DNA of 61,338 nt from a virus (taxonomy: Duplodnaviria; Caudoviricetes), in IMG/VR virus record IMGVR_UViG_3300036944_001020, positions 1 through 61,338 of that record. One strand, written 5' to 3'. Both the position numbers and the translations under genes were made by a program. Each line of letters begins with the position of its first letter. Within the stretch, counting starts at the first letter, position 1. Below are positions 57,072-61,338 of the stretch, piece by piece. The notes below the pieces were generated by a model, which was given only the letters and a program-made list of their open reading frames with translations, searched no databases and was not told the DNA's origin.

Positions 57072-57536
57072 TTAAGCAATCAATCCGGGTTTATAAACGG
57101 TTTTACCATTTTCTTTCATCGCAGTCAAGCACTGGCATTTTAAGTTTGCTGGGTCATAACTTACATGAACCCATCCGCTATCAGGCACACCGGGAGTATA
57201 AAATTCAAGAATTAGTTGGGTGAATTTCAAATTAGCTTTAATCCATTCAGCTAAAGAAGCATTCGCAATGCCGGGAATTTCAATATCGCCAGCTTGACCT
57301 TTGCAATGATCTGATGTTTCTGATCCACCGGCTGCTGCGTTGACTTTCTTGGCGCGGAAACCAGAATTAACTTTAACGCCGGTCTTGTAATGATCTCTTA
57401 CTGGCTGTAAAACTTTTTCAGCAAGTAATTTTAAGTTAGCGATTTCTTTTTCGCTGGGGGTATTATCCATATTTTGACGAAGCGCAATTTCGCTTTTTGT
57501 CAATTCGGATAATGAAAAATTTGTTGTTAGTTGCAT
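57072..57536 (-). CDS. Peptidase M15-family endolysin
   Basis: LTTNFSLSELTKS, VNSGFR, SDHCKGQAGD and WVHVSY zinc motifs. Confidence 0.88.
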   Translation of the reverse strand: MQLTTNFSLSELTKSEIALRQNMDNTPSEKEIANLKLLAEKVLQPVRDHYKTGVKVNSGFRAKKVNAAAGGSETSDHCKGQAGDIEIPGIANASLAEWIKANLKFTQLILEFYTPGVPDSGWVHVSYDPANLKCQCLTAMKENGKTVYKPGLIA

Positions 57537-57748
57537 AGCATTCTCCTATATTAATAAATCAACTACTTTTTGATATCTTTGAAAATTTATACTTTTATAT
57601 ATTTACGACAATACAAATGGTATTATTACCGGTCAATATGTGATACTTTAAATATTTTTATTTGGTATCACCCATAAGTCGTATAAAGTAGGATACGATA
57701 ATCCTTAGCTAAAAATTTTCATTGATAACAAAAAGTAACCATGATGTA

Positions 57749-58525
57749 TTATATATGGTCTTCGTAATCTAGCTTCGCCAAAATATAATCTTTGACCAAT
57801 GAACTACGTACAATGTCATCGGCAGTAAATTCGATTCTAGTAAACGCTTTCATTTTAGCAGCAATATCGAAGAATTTCAAAATACCGGTTTTATCTCCCG
57901 CCTTGCGTAAATCAGTTTGGCGATAGTCTCCACACCAGATAATTTTAGAACGATATCCTACCCGAGTCATAACAGTGTCAATTTCTTCAAAATTCATATT
58001 TTGCATCTCATCGACAATGATAATTGCATCATCAAATGACATGCCACGAATGAATGATGTTGAAATAAACTCGATGTGTCCCTGCTCTTCCAATCTATCC
58101 CATGCATCCTTACGTCCAAAAAATGTCTCGCAAATTTGACGATATGGTTGTTGATAAATTTCCATTTTTTCAGTAACATCACCGGGTAAATGTCCAATTT
58201 CACGAGACTGGACTGCTGACCTTACGATGATAATTTTATTAAATGGATTTGATTTGTCGAGAACTTCTTCTAATGCTTTGTATAAAGCAATAAATGTTTT
58301 TCCGGTTCCGGCTACTCCGTGGAGTGCAACAAAATAGTCTCCACGTTTATATGCACTAAAAAAATCTTTCTGATTATCCGTTAATGGTTGAAAAGTTTTT
58401 AAGTCATCTAAACGCAATTTTAATGCATTAGTTGGCTTTCTGGTATCTTGTCTATGGTCTCGATTACTTTCGGTTGAATTTTCTGGACTGGTGTTTGCGT
58501 TATTTTGTGAACGTTTTGTTGCCAT
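57749..58525 (-). CDS. phoH: PhoH-like ATPase
   Basis: GVAGTGKT, IGHLPG, FIRGMSF, DEMQN and CGDYRQTDL. Confidence 0.95.
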   Translation of the reverse strand: MATKRSQNNANTSPENSTESNRDHRQDTRKPTNALKLRLDDLKTFQPLTDNQKDFFSAYKRGDYFVALHGVAGTGKTFIALYKALEEVLDKSNPFNKIIIVRSAVQSREIGHLPGDVTEKMEIYQQPYRQICETFFGRKDAWDRLEEQGHIEFISTSFIRGMSFDDAIIIVDEMQNMNFEEIDTVMTRVGYRSKIIWCGDYRQTDLRKAGDKTGILKFFDIAAKMKAFTRIEFTADDIVRSSLVKDYILAKLDYEDHI

Positions 58526-58589
58526 TTATAATCTCGGTTAGTTATATTAAGGATAAAATTATCCCTCCCTTATAGTATAATAGTATAAA

Positions 58590-58847
58590 TTATTTTCTAG
58601 ATAACTTATCACTCAGATTACTTTTATAGTTATTGCCATTAATTTTTGACAATACCTCTTTAAATCCGCCATCAACCTGACGAATTCCCAATCTTACGGG
58701 GTCACCAAATGCTGGCATAGCAGTATGGTGATGCTCATATTTTTTTGAGTTGCATTTTGGACATTGCTGATCATCTTTATCAGCAATTCTACACATGACT
58801 GTAAAAATTTCATCACAGTCTGAGCACTTAAAATCATAAAACGCCAT
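58590..58847 (-). CDS. FmdB-like zinc-ribbon protein
   Basis: MAFYDFKCSDC...CPKC. Confidence 0.82.
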   Translation of the reverse strand: MAFYDFKCSDCDEIFTVMCRIADKDDQQCPKCNSKKYEHHHTAMPAFGDPVRLGIRQVDGGFKEVLSKINGNNYKSNLSDKLSRK

Positions 58848-58856
58848 TTATTATCC

Positions 58857-59006
58857 TTACCAGTGTCTAATTACGCCAGCAATTAGAAATATATTTGAAA
58901 TCAAATATGTTGAAAAAATTACAATACGAATAATCGCTACTTTATCCGCTTCTTTTATGTCGAGAGAGGATTTTTCTCCCAGTGCCTTCGCAACCAATCT
59001 AAACAT
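58857..59006 (-). CDS. Small membrane protein, 49 aa
   Basis: Hand translation MFRLVAKALGEKSSLDIKEADKVAIIRIVIFSTYLISNIFLIAGVIRHW*. Confidence 0.7.
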   Translation of the reverse strand: MFRLVAKALGEKSSLDIKEADKVAIIRIVIFSTYLISNIFLIAGVIRHW

Positions 59007-59021
59007 ATTTATTTTGATATA

Positions 59022-59168
59022 TTAATTAGCATTTTTTGTTGAATCCAATAACCAGCAAACCTTTGGTCGCAATACGGGTAATTGCTTTTGTTTTGTTGAT
59101 TTTTTTGGATGCTCAACTTCTTGCATTTTTGTTAAAGATTTTTTGAATAAAACTGGCATTTGACTCAT
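59022..59168 (-). CDS. Possible 48-aa protein
   Basis: Hand translation MSQMPVLFKKSLTKMQEVEHPKK...WLLDSTKNAN*; fills the gap between its neighbours. Confidence 0.4.
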   Translation of the reverse strand: MSQMPVLFKKSLTKMQEVEHPKKSTKQKQLPVLRPKVCWLLDSTKNAN

Positions 59169-59172
59169 TTAA

Positions 59173-59376
59173 TTAATCCGATAATGCATAGGGAGTGAAA
59201 AGATCATACACCATATTAACCGAGAATGTTGGTGTGTACTTAGTTTTAAGTTTTAAAACTTTTTCTTTTGCAGCTTCAAGTGTTTTTTCATCCAAATAGA
59301 CCCCTACGATTGAGGTCTTTCTGCATCGTTTAATACGGTCAATATATTTGACCTCAAGGATGTATTTTTCTACCAT
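59173..59376 (-). CDS. Hypothetical protein (probable start MVEKY at 59376)
   Basis: ORF track 59173..59448; the ATG directly follows the dsbA stop. Confidence 0.65.
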   Translation of the reverse strand: MVEKYILEVKYIDRIKRCRKTSIVGVYLDEKTLEAAKEKVLKLKTKYTPTFSVNMVYDLFTPYALSD

Positions 59377-59377
59377 A

Positions 59378-59659
59378 TTATGGATTGGTAGTACTAGCCA
59401 TTGCGGTAGTATTCGTGATTGTTTCGTACATTGTTTCAAATTCTTCATTCTCTTCTTTTTCTTGAGTGAAGTTTTGCTTATGGTATACTTTTACCATTTT
59501 ACGAAATGTTTTCTTGGGTAGTTCAAATTGTTTACAAATATCTGTAACTGCTTCTTTAATAAAATCTCGTTCTCCTTCAACTCGCGTCATAGAATTTGAA
59601 ATTTCCTTAATGCATTCATTGATTGCTTTACGATCTGCTGGACTACTTGGAATTGGCAT
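59378..59659 (-). CDS. dsbA: T4 DsbA-like dsDNA-binding protein
   Basis: IKEISNSMTRVEGERDFIKE...KTFRKMVKVYHKQNF; GGAG SD. This is the phage dsbA, not the disulfide oxidase. Confidence 0.8.
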   Translation of the reverse strand: MPIPSSPADRKAINECIKEISNSMTRVEGERDFIKEAVTDICKQFELPKKTFRKMVKVYHKQNFTQEKEENEEFETMYETITNTTAMASTTNP

Positions 59660-59690
59660 AAAATCTCCATTATAAAATTACAGGGAATTC

Positions 59691-59719
59691 ATTGTATCAC
59701 ATTGCATATAAAAAGTCAA
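59691..59719 (-). promoter_or_regulatory. Sigma70-type promoter for dsbA
   Basis: TTGACT (59719-59714), 17 nt, TACAAT (59696-59691), with an extended TG. Confidence 0.8.
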
Positions 59720-59823
59720 ACTATTTTTTATCAAATGCTCTGTACTTATGAAAGTTTACTGTTCTACTATCAAAATTTGGATCACGTGGAATATCTTCAT
59801 ATGAGACAGACCACGGATTCGTT

Positions 59824-59894
59824 GGTTCTTCTAATATCGGTTTACGTAGAAAGCGAGAGAAGAACCCAATTACGCTTTCGACAAGGCTAAAGGG
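59824..59894 (-). promoter_or_regulatory. -1 programmed ribosomal frameshift signal (slippery heptamer plus H-type pseudoknot)
   Basis: In-frame C CCU UUA (59894-59888), 8-nt spacer, stem 1 GAAAGCG/CGCUUUC, stem 2 GGUUCUUCU/AGAAGAACC. Confidence 0.8.
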
Positions 59895-60370
59895 GCTGCT
59901 GCCTTTTTTACTTTCTCTGCTTTTTCAGTTTTTACTTCTGGCACAGGTACAGGTAACAAATTTGGAAATGCTTCTCTAACCAAATCTTCGGTCAATGACT
60001 TGTATTTCTTGCTCAATTGTCTATCTTTTGCTAAACAAACAACTTCGGATTCTTTCCAATGAAGTCCTTCAAGCAACTGAACAAACAATGCTTCTTTTCT
60101 AATTTTAGTTAGATTGGATGGATTCAACCAAATGTAGAATCTGCGAAATTCTACGTAAAGATTGGTGTCAGAATATCCATCTGGAATGGAGGTATCTTTT
60201 TTAAATGGTGGTTCGCCTTCTGGCAATCCCATGTTAGCATTTGGATCGAAATTGATCTGTAGAATACCTTGTAGAACTTGGGTACTATAATCGCGTAGAA
60301 CTTTAACTTTTTCTGCGCGTGTTTTATATTTTTCTACTTCTTCAAAAATTTGGGGGACTGTTGTTTTCAT
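59870..60370 (-). CDS. Conserved T4-like hypothetical protein (frameshift-extended isoform predicted to 59721)
   Basis: NFDP...LPEGEPPFK, LYVEFRRFY, EALFVQLLEGLH..E and VREAFP; follows rnh. Confidence 0.85.
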   Translation of the reverse strand: MKTTVPQIFEEVEKYKTRAEKVKVLRDYSTQVLQGILQINFDPNANMGLPEGEPPFKKDTSIPDGYSDTNLYVEFRRFYIWLNPSNLTKIRKEALFVQLLEGLHWKESEVVCLAKDRQLSKKYKSLTEDLVREAFPNLLPVPVPEVKTEKAEKVKKAAAPLALSKA

Positions 60371-61257
60371 TAAAACTCCGTAATAACGTCAAGCATGTTT
60401 TTCATCTTATTGACAATAAAATAATTTAGCAACTTACTTCTATCCTTTTTGGGTTGCTCCATATATGTATTTATAATCAATTCCTCAATCTCTTTTGGTA
60501 TACTTGAGAAATCAACAAGTTTTTTATTCTGTTCATACCGTTTAATAAATGCATCATCTTGTGGCATAGTAGATGGATCAAGAATCCATTTTTCTAGCTT
60601 TTCAGTCATAATTGACTTTTGTCTAATCCCATCAACTAAACTATTATCGGGCGATAGTACATTTGGAATCCCATCTCCAGTATCTCCACGAACAATATGC
60701 TCAATGATATAATCTTTTGGCTTTCTTTCTGAAACAATAAATTTCTTTTGTACCGGAGAATATTGTTTTACATTCTTGTATTGGTGTAGCTGTTTAAAAT
60801 CATGGTCGCCAGAAAGAACGAGAAATGGCTTTGGATCAGATTCAAATACAGTGCCGGAAGAAAAATCATTGGTCTGTGACCACTTTGCAAGAGTAGCAAT
60901 AACATCATCTGCCTCTGCTCCCGGCACATCAATTACTTTATAAGGAAAGTGAACGTGTAGATCTTCTTTGACTTGATTCAGTGCAGTGAAAATGACTTCC
61001 CAATCTAGTCCAGTATCGTCCCTTGATTTTTTTCTATTCGCCTTATAGTGAGGAAAAAAGTCTCGTCTCCAATAAGAATGATTATCACAGGCAATTACTA
61101 GTTCACCATATTCATTTTTAAATTTTGCATTATAACCACGAATACTATTCATAATCATATAACGCATCAACGGAACATCTAGTTCAATATCTTTTCTGCC
61201 ATTCAATTCCAACATCACATTAGAGATTGCGGTTTGATTAAAGTCAACTACCATCAT
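60370..61257 (-). CDS. rnh: T4 RNase H (5'-3' exonuclease)
   Basis: VVDFNQ, YWRRDFFPHYKANRKK, EADDVIA, SGDHDFKQL and GDTGDGIPNVLS. Confidence 0.95.
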   Translation of the reverse strand: MMVVDFNQTAISNVMLELNGRKDIELDVPLMRYMIMNSIRGYNAKFKNEYGELVIACDNHSYWRRDFFPHYKANRKKSRDDTGLDWEVIFTALNQVKEDLHVHFPYKVIDVPGAEADDVIATLAKWSQTNDFSSGTVFESDPKPFLVLSGDHDFKQLHQYKNVKQYSPVQKKFIVSERKPKDYIIEHIVRGDTGDGIPNVLSPDNSLVDGIRQKSIMTEKLEKWILDPSTMPQDDAFIKRYEQNKKLVDFSSIPKEIEELIINTYMEQPKKDRSKLLNYFIVNKMKNMLDVITEF

Positions 61258-61338
61258 AATTTAATTTGCTTTCACGTTGTATTACAGTTTGGAGAACCCG
61301 TAATTATTGTACATTTATAGTCACCTGAACCAATATCA

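Noticed and set aside
59702-59890. Plus-strand 62-aa ORF from the track
   Set aside because: Antisense to the local gene flow, TTG start and no SD. The region is better explained by the minus-strand frameshift extension.
59903-59909. A AAA AAG (dnaX-type) heptamer as the main shift site
   Set aside because: It is in frame and leads to the same -1 ORF, but it lies 23 nt from the pseudoknot. C CCU UUA has the canonical 8-nt spacing. Minor use cannot be excluded.
1-61338. Stop-codon reassignment (alternative genetic code)
   Set aside because: Core genes translate full length in the standard code, and TAA, TGA and TAG all end genes.
61260-61338. 3' end of an upstream minus-strand gene
   Set aside because: Two frames are partly open and the fragment is too short to assign.

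Overview
A 61-kb segment of a T4-like (myovirus) bacteriophage genome, AT-rich and mostly encoded on the minus strand. It contains the recombination and late-transcription genes (46, 47, 55, uvsW, uvsY), the head/neck/tail/baseplate module (3, 23, 22, 21, 67, 20, 19, 18, 17, 16, 15, 14, 13, fibres, a VrlC-like protein in three pieces, 8, 7, 6, 25, 5, a hub protein, 53, 48, 4, 2, 54, 26, 51, a holin and a tape-measure-like gene), 32, 59, 33, dsbA and rnh. Accessory genes include peptide deformylase, a glycosyltransferase, heme oxygenase plus bilin reductase, an outer-membrane beta-barrel, phoH and an M15 endolysin. The most notable signals are: (1) a circularly permuted two-piece tmRNA whose 175-nt intervening segment is almost filled by a 50-codon ORF, preceded by a leaderless basic peptide gene; (2) a -1 frameshift cassette (C CCU UUA, 8-nt spacer, H-type pseudoknot) that would extend a conserved hypothetical protein by about 50 aa; (3) a probable gp26/gp51 -1 frameshift; (4) candidate capsid-packaged effectors with T4-type capsid-targeting N-termini (a modular head protein containing a HicA RNase domain, a SAM methyltransferase and a zeta-toxin-like kinase); (5) a long hairpin that reaches the endolysin RBS. 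All family assignments come from recognising motifs and synteny by eye; no database search was run.
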